A DNA stretch of 63,061 nt, filler included, from Phoronis australis (GCA_002633005.1; 12 parts of 12 records of this genome joined end to end with filler, not necessarily neighbours in it), one strand, 5' to 3'; positions 11,881 through 25,705 are shown, counted from the whole stretch's first letter. A program made the numbers and translations. Notes: a model not told the origin generated them from the sequence alone.

Positions 11881-13861
11881 TCCAGCAGGAAAGAACACAA
11901 ATGCATTGACATTGTTGAGTTCCTGTGAAAGTAAGTTGACTTTAGACAATTCAACCAGCATCCAAACTTCAGGCTTGGCACGCGAGCTACCAATAATGAA
12001 ATGGGTGTTTGCAGAGTCTACATGGTTTCCACAGAATTCCAAGATGAGCCCGGTGTCTTCCCCTTGCCTTGGACGCAGTCACACAGGCGTGACACGCATA
12101 TGAAAATTGTCCGACTCTCGCCAAAATCAGTTGCCGCACAGTCTGTAGGTGCGGTGGTTTGCTACTCACTATATGCCGCATCAAGATTTCACACACGTGC
12201 CGAGGACATTCTTTTGGGGTTCCATATACTTCATCACACTCCATCATACTAGCAGATAACACAGCAAGTCAGGATTCGCCAACCGGAACCATTTTGCCAC
12301 TACTAAAGTGACACCTCTTGTTGGACACTGGGTTTACGAAAAACGCGGAATTTTAATTAAAAAGGAAAAATACCTTAAAAAATTGCGCCTGACTTAATGA
12401 CACATAACTAAATATTAATAAATCAACTTTTGAATCAAATCTATGCACTTTACTCGTCTTGTAATGTTCCAAACAGGTATCGGTATTGAAGGTAATTTCC
12501 ACTCAGGTGGTTGTCGCAATCTTGCAATTTGTATAAAAAAATGTTCAGCGCCAGAAAATTTTATTGTACTAATCAACAGAAATAAGATAGAAACGTCTTG
12601 TGTAAAAGTCTGGTGTTGGTCAGTGTTGTGCCAGCTGAGATATACGGGCTCAAAGTGTGGCGAAATTGCAATGCCTTGTTAACCTCTGACCCCTCTATAC
12701 TTTATGCATGAAATTTTTAACTTAGCGGCAGAGTTAATGAGTATTGCTTAACATCTTTGTAAAGNNNNNNNNNNNNNNNNNNNNNNNNNNNNNNNNNNNN
12801 NNNNNNNNNNNNNNNNNNNNNNNNNNNNNNNNNNNNNNNNNNNNNNNNNNNNNNNNNNNNNNNNNNNNNNNNNNNNNNNNNNNNNNNNNNNNNNNNNNNN
12901 NNNNNNNNNNNNNNNNNNNNNNNNNNNNNNNNNNNNNNNNNNNNNNNNNNNNNNNNNNNNNNNNNNNNNNNNNNNNNNNNNNNNNNNNNNNNNNNNNNNN
13001 NNNNNNNNNNNNNNNNNNNNNNNNNNNNNNNNNNNNNNNNNNNNNNNNNNNNNNNNNNNNNNNNNNNNNNNNNNNNNNNNNNNNNNNNNNNNNNNNNNNN
13101 NNNNNNNNNNNNNNNNNNNNNNNNNNNNNNNNATGATCTCGTGCGCCGATATTTTTTATTGTGCAGTGCAAATAAGGCATTTTCGGCGAGTTCATTGCAT
13201 GGCATACCCCCAAAATAGAGGCTCCCTGATTTCTCCCCCTTAAACAAGGTAAAATGAGATTGGACTTTACTGTTTTGTTTATCATCCCAAAGGTAACTAA
13301 AATGCATAGTATGGTTCAATTCGGTGACATTGGGTTTATCACCCCTCTGGGCATTTTTGCCTGCTGTGAGCCGTACTTCACTCTTAAGAAGCTTATACAA
13401 GCACAAAAACATGTAGAATGAAACAGTAGTCAGAATTTTCTACCCTGGGATTTTTTGTTATTTGACAGTTTCTTTATGCATTTCTATCTCCTCTTGTTTC
13501 TCGTTGTTATTGTTCCCGCCACCGCCCACGCCCCCGTTCGCCCCCACCGTAATACACCAGTGGCGCAGCAAACGAGAACGAACAGAATGGGAATTATCTC
13601 CCCGTTGCAATGTATTGTTTTTGTATTTACCATGACATCATATTCATACGCAGAACTGTTTTTTGCATTTCGCAACATTCTGTAAATTTTATGCTACCCT
13701 TGGATACTACTGTCTATAAACCACCAATTAACAATTAAAGAAAAGATAAATTCCCAATCTGACCTCAACTATCATTGCAAATCTAAAATTTGTACCCAAA
13801 TTTTTATACTCCACTTGCCAGGCGCAAGAATATTTTTATGTGAGTGATTACGCAAACTATT

Positions 13862-13991
13862 CAAGATGGCGATATCCGTCACACAACTTAGATATTCGTT
13901 AAGTAGGTAATAAACCTCGCGTTTCAAAATGAATCCAGTATGATCACGACACTTTAGAGGGCCGACATCGCTGGCGATACATAGGGTAAGT
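13862..13991 (+). promoter_or_regulatory. Candidate TSS-proximal region and non-coding first exon of the ZDHHC gene
   Basis: YY1-like CAAGATGGCG at 13862-13871 and a G|GTAAGT donor at 13986, upstream of the acceptor at 15271-15272. An NRF1-like TGCGCATGCGC lies at ~14566-14576. Inference only. Confidence 0.3.
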
Positions 13992-15284
13992 CACCAGTTA
14001 CAAAGTGGTTGTTTGTTAGCTTTGCTGCAATCTGCTTCTTCAGTCCTGTGCAATGGTGTTTTAAAACGAGTTCATCATTTCTTCCAAATCAAAATATTGT
14101 AAGAATTTTGAAGAATGAGTGAACTTATCTTACTGTCATCAAGTCTTGCTCTTGGTTTATTATTTGCGCCAATTTGAAAGTTGTAAAGCATTTTTGACTA
14201 GCCAGCCAGCTAGCTGTAAGTTTAACGTCAAAATTTAGAGCCAGCAGAGGCAGAGTAGAACCGCAGTGTCTCTTGTAGACGGTCATAGACCACGAAATTT
14301 AACACTGCCCAGGTAGTTCTGCTTGTCATCTTGTGGTTTAATTTATTTGAACAAGTAGAGCTAATGACCGGTGGGGGTGCATGCAAAGGGAGTCAAGTGA
14401 TGCTTTGCCTATTATAGCTGTTAAAGTGAAAACCTATGTCATTTTCTTCAGTCGCATAATCCCCTGGCTTCTGTTGCAAAGAAAAGTTTGTTGTCGCATA
14501 ATCCTCTGGCTTGTGTTGTAAAGAAAGTTTGTTGTTGAATTGATGAAAACAGTATTCTCGTGACATGCGCATGCGCCATTTGCTTAATTTTTGTGATGTC
14601 TTTGGGGTGACTAACAAAAGTCTGATGTTTGTACTAGTATGCTGGCTGGTGGATACAGAACATAGGCTGAGGGTTGATGAGGGCAAATCCAAAGACACGG
14701 GGAAGTGTTGCTAAGGGGAAATTCCATCATGCTAGTAGTGTTGCTGAGATCTTAAGCCAGAATACGCACCTTTTCCGCAGTCTATTAAGCGAGTTATGAG
14801 GGAATGACTCATTTTTCCACATGTGGCATATGTAGGTCACCTCGCTGCATCATAGAATGTTGATTGGCTAACATGCAGTGCTTTGATCCAATAACAATGA
14901 AACTGCCAATGTTATGTGCTGTAGGGACTTTTCGTACTACAAATATGTTTTTCTGATGCTTGCAAACAACTTTCTAAAGTTAAAAATATCGGCGTGACAC
15001 ATTTTCTTCTATCTAAGGTAATTTTATTTAACAAATTGGTTGCGCAACTTTTTAACAATTACCTCTTTCTTGACTGTAAAAATAAAAAAATAAATAAAAC
15101 AGGTTTCCAAAGGCAAGTTGGGCTGCTTTTTAGTCATGGGTGAGCTCCTACACCCTTATGTCATAACTTTTCTCAACTATCTTCTGTTTATTTAAATCTA
15201 ATTGATTCACCTGCACTGGAACATACGTCACACTCTTAGGTGCATATAGTAATCACAAGTCGTCCATTTCAGGCCACCATCACC

Positions 15285-15449
15285 ATGACCAGCGACTCTT
15301 TCCCACAAAAGAGCCGTAAGAATGGGTGGTCCTGTCCTCCTCATCCATTCCAGTTCATCGCATGGATATTCTTCATCTTCTTTGGAATCATCTACTTCAC
15401 CACAATAGTTCCTGGCATTCCCACAGCATGGCAGCCAGCTGGTTACATT
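15285..15449 (+). CDS. ZDHHC1: DHHC palmitoyltransferase ZDHHC1/ZDHHC11-like, first coding exon
   Basis: MTSDSFPQKSRKNGWSCPPHPFQFIAWIFFIFFGIIYFTTIVPGIPTAWQPAGYI matches the ZDHHC1/11 N-terminal pattern SR.NGWS.P.HP.Q..AW...P..W.PAGY. Acceptor TTTCAG at 15267-15272, Kozak CACCATG, donor GTATCCTTT at 15450. Confidence 0.88.
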
Positions 15450-18400
15450 GTATCCTTTTGAAAGGTGAAACACTGTACGATGGTGGTGATTATTCTGTGT
15501 ACATATTGTGGAGTTTGAAACATTGAAAACTACTCTACCACATCCCGCAGATCATATGGTAAAAATTCTCTTGTAAGTGAAATCAAACTTCGAGCAGAAA
15601 TTTTCTTGATGTTCATTACATTTCTTCTGATCTAAGTAGACACAAACTACAGATGAGAATTAGATTGAAGCTGAATTTCTGCCATAGTTTTCCACTGTAG
15701 NNNNNNNNNNNNNNNNNNNNNNNNNNNNNNNNNNNNNNNNNNNNTTAATTAATTAANNNNNNNNNNNNNNNNNNNNNNNNNNNNNNNNNNNNNNNNNNNN
15801 TAATTTGACTGGGTTTTGTTTGAAGTTACTGGACAAGAAAAGTGATAAATATTATGACATTAGGTGGAAAATTGCTCAAAAATGAGAATGAAAATCAACA
15901 GCACCTGTTGGCCAGGAAACGTAGGCCCCAACAACTGTATTCTAAACTCCTACCAAATCACAAGTCAGTTGTTTCTTGAGGCACCGTGTTTACACGATCT
16001 AGACATTAACATGACTTAGAATATGGCATGCCCGACTTCAAACAAGAGCTCAATTTTTACTACAACCACTCTTTTTACACTTGCAATTAACATTTTCCTA
16101 ACATTTTTGGGGCTAAAGGCAGAGTTATCCAGTGGAATTTCAGACTACCTTGCTCCAGTAAAGCCGCCCATTACCAACTGGAGGTGGTGCACTGACATGC
16201 ATTTGCGAGGCTCGTTTGTTAATGGCACGCTGGTAGTTTGCTCTTTTGGCATGCCCAATGTAGACAGTAGCTGTAAACAAGTTAGCCAAGCCAACAGCAT
16301 AACATCAGTTGGCTGTCTTCTGATAAATGCTTCCTTGAAGCAGTCGACGTGGGAATGGGTACGGACACAATATTTTTCTGGCATTTGATTGGCTGTTCTG
16401 ATCATTTTGCACCGACACCTGGTGGCTAACGTATTAGTCGAGGCTATATTTGTTTGAAATTGACTTTTGAACATCTGTAGATGGGTTTAATGCAAAGTTC
16501 CCGTTGCCCCCAGAAAGTGGCCACGGAGGTGAAAGATAGGAGAGCTGGGACTATGGCCTATCGCGTGATTTTGCCAAGTCTTCATTTTTTTCGTGCGTGC
16601 AACTAGGTCTCAATCTCTCAAGCTATCACAAATGCTATAGCCTGTCGTTCTATTAAAGGCATCATTACCACTTCTTTTCTGATAAAAACTTCATAAAGGA
16701 GATTTAATAGCAAACCAGTCTAGTTTGAAAACTTTTGATGTTTTTCAACACAAAATTTTCAAACTAATGTTCAATTTATTGTGATACACCTTCAAAATGA
16801 TCGCCACAGTGAAATAATATTGAATTTCACTTTGTATGAATTGCCTGTAAAATGCACACACACGGTGGATGACTGAAATTTATGAAATTTTCTTATTTTA
16901 GTGGCGTATCTTGATTGACAAAACGTTCTGTGTCAGTTCTACCCAGGTGAAAACAAACGAAAGTCAGGTCTTTAAACATTCTCGTCCATAAACGTACATC
17001 TTTTACACACACCCAGCGCTTGTTAGTGGATACGAAGACAGCCGTAGTTGCAGCCCCCTTGCCGAGACTCCAGCTGTGAGTGCGCTGCCGTGTCAATAAA
17101 TAAAGGTAAGACAGTAAACGTGCAGACTTACCATAAAACAGGATGATTATTCACCTTATTCTGTTTGGTGCTGTAAGTACACTTGTTTCTTCGTTGCATT
17201 TTCAAAAGGCTTCGAGTAGTTACATTATTTTCTCACGCTATCACGTCGTCTGAGATTGAAGTGATTTTTTCCCGTACGTCTATTCATTCAAAGGGAAATT
17301 GATTGAATGTCATAGAATGTTTGGTAAACAAAATTCGCAATATTGTTGACCAGTTAGGATTTACGTTCGAGTAGTCACGCTGTAAATATCCAGGTTTTAG
17401 CAACGACAGTGGATTTGTTTTACCGACGTGCGATATTCTATAGCGATCCAAGTCTTTTAAAAACAATTTGCTTTTCTTCGCACGCACACGTGCCAGGAGC
17501 TGTCAGCAGGCCCACACATCAATCGTTCAATTAAACGAGGGAGGGCGGNGGGGGGGGGGAGGGGTGGTAGTCACATGTGTTGATGCACTTTTTCAACTCG
17601 CTCTTCAACACTCCGCCCACGTCAGTCGTCACCTAGTCTCTTCCCTGGGAGGGGCTTGACAGCACTGATTAACAGAAACTAAAATTGACACATTTCCTAA
17701 CATTTAAATACTAGCTATCGGGAAGACGAATTGTTGACACGCAAACTGGAATATCTTGACGTTGTCTCTTTTAGTTTCCTTCCCGCTGTAGGCTTTCCGA
17801 TTTGTATTTCGTCTTATGGGAGTTACTAGAATCTACCACGATAGCGTCTCTAGAATTGGGATCGCTCACTACGGAAGATAGCGATGTCATCGCTGACCCT
17901 ATCCCATGAAATGTCAGTTCAAAGTCCCCCGAAGTTGTCATTTACTAAATCTCCCAGGTTGCCACCCTTTAAATTGAGCCTACCTTACCATCCCACCTTT
18001 GAGAGAAATAAAATGTACTGATTTGAGGTAGCGAAAGGTTCTGAATGATTGAAGCCTTCTGCAATGAAACAGAGGGTCCATTTCTTTGTCCCCTAACAGC
18101 AGGGAAAATGGAAAAGGAAATTCAACCATTTTTTTCATTTTTACACATTTTCAAAACTGGAGATCCATTTTCTTTTGTACATACTGGTTAAAAACACGAA
18201 AGATTACCTTTGTAGACTTTGGCTGGAGTATGTTATTCCGTCGCTGCGGATCCCTCTCACGGTACCAGTATCGAAGTGCAACCGGTAACTTGGGATCGGC
18301 GAATGGATCCAAACGTTTATGTCGTCACTATNNNNNNNNNNNNNNNNNNNNNNNNNNNNNNNNNNNNNNNNNNNNTTAATTAATTAANNNNNNNNNNNNN

Positions 18401-19158
18401 NNNNNNNNNNNNNNNNNNNNNNNNNNNNNNNACTAAAAGCCTGGGTATATCCCTGACTTCCACACTTTTTCAAAAGAGGGAAAACTACTAAGGAATGGCA
18501 GAGGAGGGTAAAAGTCTAGTTGCCGTAAGTATTGGTATGTTTTTGGAGATCGATTCAACATCAGACAACTTGATTTTTGGTAACGTTGATAAGTCTTTTG
18601 ACCACAACACCTTGCAGGACGATGCAATGTTTGTCAAGGCGCCTCGTTTTCGATCAACACGACAGCAGCGCCCCGCGTTCGTGAAAGAGGTGAATACACC
18701 CACATGATCAACGTTCCACTGGAGTACTTCAATAGTTCAATAGTTTCTTTGTTGAACAACTCCCTATCAACACCTTAGGGTGCCTTTGATGCTTTAAACG
18801 TGCGAAAGCCGTGGTCTAGCTAAACAAGGCTTTCAGGCATTAAACTATGTTGGTGACGTGTATGGTGTATGTTTGGTTTAAAATTAGACCAGGTTCAAAA
18901 AGGTATGGGTAGAGTTCAGTAGTTGTCTCGCGGCTAGAATAATCTTGTAAAATCACGTGTTCTCATTTTAGATACACGGCACCATTTTGCTCCAGTCTCG
19001 CGAAGTCTTGCTTTAATTTCAACGTAGCGAGTTCTAGCAAGGTCTTAACGTTACTGAACTCTCCCCTGGTTTTGTTAGGCTATCTTTACGAAATCGGCTG
19101 AAATTGTTGCCAAGTCAAACTAAGTATGATGTCTGGGCTTGGAAAGAACCGATAGCGC

Positions 19159-19294
19159 GTGTTATCTTCTGACCAGTCAGAAAGGTTCAAGTCATTTCGT
19201 CTTAGTTCACAGCTAGAGGTCACATGTGAGTGTTATCTTCTGACCAATCAGAAAGCTTCAAGCCACTTCGTCTTAGTTCACAGCTAGAGGTCAC
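19159..19294. repeat. 71-bp tandem duplication, 2 copies
   Basis: GTGTTATCTTCTGACCA...GCTAGAGGTCAC starts at 19159 and again at 19230. Confidence 0.85.
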
Positions 19295-19484
19295 TTCTAA
19301 AGTAAGTAAGACGACGAAACTAACGTTATAAGATACCTGGCCCGAGTCATAAAATTGATTTTGACAGAAACTATGCGTTTTTAGCTGACCAACTAAATCC
19401 GTCTTCAGTCAAACCGCAGTCAATTGTATATAGAGGTAGTACCATTTTAAAGGGTTAACATTACACGTTTTTAATCTCCGACAG

Positions 19485-19664
19485 ATATACCTGCATGCTC
19501 ACTTGAGAATCAACCGGTACACTTACTTGTTAAAGCCTGTCCTTCAGACGGTCAGCCTGCTCTTAGCTCTCTACGTGGGTCTGTCCAGGATCTCCGACTA
19601 CAAGCATCACTGGAGTGACGTCTTGGCAGGATACGTCACTGGGGCATTGGTTGCTATCTTTGTG
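19485..19664 (+). CDS. PLPP: Phospholipid phosphatase (PAP2/LPP, wunen/PLPP1-3-like), internal exon with the C3 catalytic motif
   Basis: IYLHAHLRINRYTYLLKPVLQTVSLLLALYVGLSRISDYKHHWSDVLAGYVTGALVAIFV contains SRxxDYKHHWSDV. Acceptor ACAG at 19481-19484, donor GTGAGT at 19665, 180 nt, phase 0-0. Confidence 0.93.
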
Positions 19665-21079
19665 GTGAGTGTCATTTATATCCGAAATCTCACAAAAAGG
19701 ACTTTCCTTAACAAAATGTTTTCATACAACACTGAGACTGGTGTTGTTGACATGCAGCATGGCGACGTGAAGAGCATGTTTGTTGTGCTGAGCAGCTCAT
19801 CTAGCGGTAAATGTTCCGTTATAGCCACCCTCTCGGTCAGCCTCACGCTTCATTGTCGGCGATAAATCTTCTAATTTGCTTTTAGTGAATATTGCCATTG
19901 GTGTTCTGCCAGTTAAAAGTACATTGTCGTGACAACCGTTGTCGTTATTATTATAGTTAATGTTATTATTTACAGACATGCTTAATTTCTGACATGTTCA
20001 AACGTAAAAGTGGATATCCCGCCAATAACCGAGTGGACCCTAACAAGAATGCCTGCAGCTCTGCGTACGACAGATACGGTGCTACTGAAATGAACGACTC
20101 TTGGGCTCTGGACCCGTAACACGCCTTGCCGGCAGCAGATTTGAGTACATCTTAAAGTTAGTGAAGTACTCCTATCGTTGTTGGACACGTGACAAGTCAT
20201 CATTGGTTGACAGGAGCATTACACGTCAACGGAACCATACAGTTGTTCAATCCAGATAATATTATTCTTGACTTCAATATTGATGAGTTCTGAGCAGTGG
20301 AGTACCTAGCGTGGGTGACACCCGGAATTTGGAAAGTCATATGACATGATACACAGGATGCAGAATGTATTGTGATTTATACTAGAATACTGTTTGCGAA
20401 TGAACAAGGCTCTAAACACATTATAACAGCACACATGTGAACCTCAGACCCTATAGACACAAGGAACGTACAAACATACACATGAACACAAGTAAAGCCA
20501 AAGTTGTACACCAGAATGTTCTGTGTAAAGGTCCCGGGCATATATTCGGCGGGGAAAATGTCTCCAGTCCAGGAACCGTAAGTCAAATCCAAATAAATGC
20601 CCGCGCGTATATTTGGAAGTGACTATTATACGCTCTGGTGTATCAATAGTGTTGCTGGACTACTGTGCTCACTATGCTAGGGAATACACACTATTAATGA
20701 CGTAGGATTGTTCCCCAAAAAATTTACTTCAAGTAGGGTTTTGGTGTCCTTTTCCAACGACAGCTTTAGGATTCAACCAACCATTTTTCCCAAATAAATG
20801 CACTCAGCTGATTACCCCTTCAGTTTCTGATTCTAATTTTTCGACTACTTTCGTGGGACTGTGTCCAAAATTAGACAGCGTCTTGGTTTTCTTCGGCGTA
20901 TATCACCATTTCTTTCCATAGAAGGGCGTCTGCAATATTTCAGAGCTTGTATATTTCCTCTGTTCGTTTATCGTAGTACCGTTTGGTCCGGATGCAATGC
21001 AAAATTGGTTTCCTCTTACTGAAGGCTCAAAAACAGGCGGACAGACTTGTTCTAGGTGTACCTTTTGACACTCCATTAA

Positions 21080-22113
21080 ACGAGAATGCCACCCAAAAAC
21101 AACCTATTTTGTATCAATTTAGATCGAGCAGTTCTACTCGATAACGGCACGTTCGGTTGCGTTACCTGACACCTGACGGCAGACGGAGGTGTTGAAATTA
21201 TCCAATGACGTCATTGGTTTCACACGCAGGCTGTTCAGCAGTTCAAAAACACAGGTTACTGGTGTCGGCTTATCGCTTGACTTCATCGTTTAACACCAAT
21301 AAATCATCAAACGTCGATGTTAAGCCCTTATAAATACCCCGAGTTCTTATAAAAACGTGTTGTTTTATTTCGCTGTTACGGATTTACTGGTATTTGGACA
21401 CACCATAGCCTACAAAGTTCGGCAGGCTAATTTACCAAGGTCGTAGCAGGAGTTTGGAGTCTGTTCGAAGATAAATTCGAAGTATTCTTCCGTGAAATAC
21501 AGACAAGAGAACCTAGATCTGTGTGGTTTAGACTTGTAATGCCGCTTGTAATCCCGGCCAGTGGGTCGGAACCCAATCAGGCCCGTCGCGGCCGCCGGGA
21601 CTGACATGAACAGAAACAAGCTTGAGTTGGACACTAAACCTCCAGTCACGAAAAGGGTATAATAGTCAGTGCTGTAGTGGTAAAAGTAGAGGTAAGTAGG
21701 CGCCGAAAGCCCGGCCGACCTTGAGCACTGAACGTAACTTACGGTGCGTAGGCGCTACGTTTAAATGCCAAAAGGTGGTTGGCTGCGCCTACGTGCACCT
21801 ACGCCTCACTACAACACTGATAATGCTGAGCCAAAGAAATAATGTGCACGTAATTGTTTACGTGAATTAGCCACGAAACTGAAAATCTACTTACTTGTCA
21901 GTCGGGGGCCGCGAAGTCGGGTTCCCCTTCCGCAGACCGTCAGGGCAAACGCTGTACATTAACAATGATTTGAATAATGTATTTGTATCTCTAAATAAAG
22001 ATTCCCCTAACGTGTGAACATAGCATATAAAATCGAGTAATTGTTTCACAACAGCTTTCCGTCAGCAAACACTGAATTAGCATGCGCTCACACGGCCTCG
22101 GTGCCCGGTCAAT
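21080..22113 (-). mobile_element. Kolobok-like non-autonomous element, partial inverted copy of 59943-61583, cut by the scaffold end
   Basis: Begins TTAA|ACGAGAATGCCACCC. Reverse-complement homology to ~60703-61583. Confidence 0.8.
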
Positions 22114-22213
22114 NNNNNNNNNNNNNNNNNNNNNNNNNNNNNNNNNNNNNNNNNNNNTTAATTAATTAANNNNNNNNNNNNNNNNNNNNNNNNNNNNNNN
22201 NNNNNNNNNNNNN

Positions 22214-22286
22214 GGAAAGATGCCAAGGCCGAGAAAAAAGATGAAGCATATCAACTGGCAGAAAGTTCCCCACAACACAATTTCGA
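22214..22286 (+). CDS. INF2: Inverted formin (INF2/FHDC1-like), start of the FH2 domain; partial exon
   Basis: GKMPRPRKKMKHINWQKVPHNTIS resembles INF2 MKKLNWQKLP. Phase-1 donor A|GTAAGT at 22287. 5' end is cut by a linker. Confidence 0.85.
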
Positions 22287-23110
22287 GTAAGTATCGTCAT
22301 GTTGTTAACCGGTTGCCCTCTGTGGGCGTTCGGATTCCGCTAGAAATTTCCCGTGGTTTGGATGTTGACCTTTGGGCATTGTATCTTTGGATGGGCAAGT
22401 CCCATTTACTTCGTAAGCCAACAATAACACATTAGATATGTTCAAATTGTCTTCTCTTGTAACCACGTGGTATTTTCCGACAAAAACGTGACATTGTCTT
22501 GTAATATCGGGCATCAAAAGCAAATGCAAAGCGACCATTTCTGTTGTGTCGACTTCATCACCTTCCCGTTCTCGTAAATTGTCTTTTTGTCCAACTATTT
22601 ATATGCATACTCACGAATTGTTTTCGATTTTCACATGTTGTTTGGCAGTTCAGGGTGAGTCAACTCCTGGACGAGACTGTCTCGCCACCTGGTGATGACG
22701 ACAAGGCCTACTCGTACACGGGCATGCAATTTAGTTCAAAATGGAACGCTTTTAATGGCAATAATATGAGCTATCATAATGAGACGGCATACGCTGTCGT
22801 GCTCGACACATGCTATTGACTTTCAAAAATGGCCGAATGTACCCAGTCTAATTTCAAACCAATAAATATCTCTCTAAAGAAAGGCTAAGTTATGGAAATA
22901 TTTGGTGTACCCAGTGAGTAGGCGTTTTCAACTGAAGGTCACATTGTGAGCGCCTATGGAACGCAAGCTTGGGATCTGTTACTGGAGTATTTCAATGTAC
23001 TTTTGTCTGAGTGTTCATAAAGGTCGAGAAAATGTTCTGCACTTCGAAGGAAATGTTGACATTGTCTCTGAGTCTCCTAACATCTCACCTGGTAATTTGT
23101 TCTTTTCTAG

Positions 23111-23250
23111 GAAGTAACAGCATTTGGAAGAAAGTGCAGGTGGTCGAGAGTCCCGTTGATGTAGACTTTGAGGAGATTGAGAATCTGTTTTGCCAAAAGG
23201 TTATCACTAAAGAGAAAGACGACTCCAAAAAGAAAAAGGAACCATCAGAG
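23111..23250 (+). CDS. INF2: Inverted formin (INF2/FHDC1-like), next FH2 exon
   Basis: Acceptor TTTTCTAG. In phase with the previous exon: (R)SNSIWKKVQVVESPVDVDFEEIENLFCQKVITKEKDDSKKKKEPSE, resembling INF2 NSMW...DFSSIERLF...KEPKE. GT donor at 23251. Confidence 0.87.
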
Positions 23251-23294
23251 GTAGTGATAATCTTTGTGATAGTTAAGGGCCGCCACAATAAGGG

Positions 23295-23454
23295 CAGGGG
23301 CGGATCCAGGATTTTATTTAGGGGGGCCAGGGCAGAGAATTAGCCAGGATTTTTCCCGACAGACTGCCCACCCCCGAACTGCCAAATGGAATCTGGGAGA
23401 GTTTTAGGGGGGGGGGGGCATGGCCCCCTTGGCCCCCCTCTAAATCCGCCACTG
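23295..23454 (+). mobile_element. MITE family A, complete 160-bp copy with 5-bp TSD AAGGG, in a formin intron
   Basis: CAGGGGCGGATCCAG...TAAATCCGCCACTG (imperfect TIR). AAGGG at 23290-23294 and 23455-23459. Confidence 0.85.
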
Positions 23455-25705
23455 AAGGGCGTCTGTGTACAGCTTCTACTGCTGTTCCGTGCAACCTAAG
23501 AATAGTCATATGTGTGAGCAAACGCTTTTGNCTTTTGCAGGCCAGTAGCCAGCATTGCGCAGGGGGTGGTTCGAATTTCTTGAAAGGCGCACCTTTGATA
23601 TTTTGCAAACGTCGTCACCAGAGTTTTCAGTAAGGTCCGTGACACAGCTTAATTATGGGGAAGGGAAATCTGTATGCACGGTAACGATGGCTCTCAGCTC
23701 TATGTTCCTGAGATAAGAAGGAATTTGTAATCAAGAAATGAGGATGCCGTGACGGTTGCTCGTAAAGAACGGGACCCAAATTCAGATGAAATGTGGTCCA
23801 CTAATAGAACATTCTCGCGATACCTCCTGCCAAACTTTCAACTCCGGCTTGTTTAAATGAGTGATTACACCTCATTACATACTTGGACGGAAATGACGAC
23901 GCAATTTTTTCATCCGATTGTATTTTTGCGTGTTACGTAAGTTGCTTACATCGCTGAAAATGGGAACAGACCACTATTCCGAAGGTTCACTACTTCGAAC
24001 GTTCACTACTCTGCAAATATCTAAAATTTCGGACTCCGGTGTAATTGATATACTTCTACATGCGAAAATAAACGACTCTGTTATTAGACGCAGCTATACG
24101 AAAAACGAAGCCCGGGTAATAAATCACTTTATTTGGATTTCATGCGCATGCGAAACTGCCCGCATGTCTTACGAATACAGAAAATGAGTACGTACTTGCA
24201 TTTCTAAAAGAATATGAAGTAGGAATATCGATGAATTATCAATCACGATACATTCAACTAATCCATGTCAGGATCGCATCATTTCACAGCGCGACTGAAA
24301 AGTTCAGGGTCACTGCGCCTCAACCTCACCCACCGGAACTACTCGCCGCACGGCCGGGTCGAAACTAAATGTACTTAGTAGGCTACCCTATCCCTACCAG
24401 TCTTCACGAAAGTCTCATTCAGTCTTCTTAAAATTAAAACCGCCGTTGGTCGCCACAGCCCGGACCCATTTTCCAGGTGTTGTCTCTAATTGAGAATGAG
24501 TCTTTAGTTNNNNNNNNNNNNNNNNNNNNNNNNNNNNNNNNNNNNNNNNNNNNTTAATTAATTAANNNNNNNNNNNNNNNNNNNNNNNNNNNNNNNNNNN
24601 NNNNNNNNNTATCGAGCAAAAGAGATCTGAACCTCCAACCCTAATTGCCAGAATGGACTTCATCAATCGTCAGTGTAAGATATTGGCTACAGCGGTCATC
24701 CGCCCAACTTGTTGTGATATACAACTTAACAAGTTAGACTAAACGGGAGAACGTCGTAATGTAAAAAGCAAACACACACTCAGTTCCTTTCCTGTGCTTT
24801 GCTCAGAATTGCCAACGTACAAATATTCCTCTCTCACGGATCTGAAGTCCTCTCGATCAAGCACCAGGCACTTGTTGGCGTTTTGTAGTATCCCCACACC
24901 TTGTAATTGTGTGCTCACAAAGAGATCAGCCCCTCTCCCACACATTATTTCGGTTCCTATTCATTCCCGCCGTTAATCTGATATACGTACTGCGGGACCC
25001 TCAGACAAGAAATTTAAAATAAATTCTTCTCTCACGTATGCTGTCTACTTATACCAACCCCCCGTGTTGCGGGGGAACCGTTAAATAATGACAGGAAGTG
25101 GGGGTTTCGAGTGGGAAATTCCTTATTTTGGGTAAAGGTTGAATGCGCAATTCAGGCATACAGTTTTGATATTTTGGTTACTATGCACTTTACTTTTTTT
25201 GCGCAAGTTTCGTCACAAAACAGAGCGCTCGTAAGCAAGCAGTGTAACTCTACAAAATTTCCATTATCAACTTCGACATCAGGACAGATTTACTTCAACA
25301 AAATTAGGAAACAGCACCATCATTGGATAACAGCATATGGTGGTCAATAATTATCTTTTTAATTGACCTAATATGGTCTCAATCACCAACACTGATGTGG
25401 AAACAATGTATATAGTCGCTCCGCTTAAACTATGGTGGGAGAACATATAAACCTAGTTGCAGCACCACTAAACTCCATGGCAGAACCAAAAAACATGACA
25501 CAATGACAGCAGCAAAAAACTTAACTCTGCCTGCAGGCATAACACTGCGAGACCCCGCATTTTCTGACTGATGCCGTAGGGCTCCCAGTGTTTACCGGCA
25601 TTTCTGTCCTGTGTAACACTCTCCAATATGGTGTCACAATGACAAAGCGAGCTGCATGTATTTCAGTGGCGCGCCCGGTCTATGTGATGGCTATGGGCCA
25701 GATAT

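Noticed and set aside
12717-13412. Long ORFs spanning N runs (also 35723-36292 and 50279-51128)
   Set aside because: Their length comes from gaps. Only 50821-51128 (Copia RNase H) has real homology.
18216-18331. Possible exon TLAGVCYSVAADPSHGTSIEVQPVTWDRRMDPNVYVVT after TTTGTAG
   Set aside because: Short, cut by a linker, and no recognisable family.
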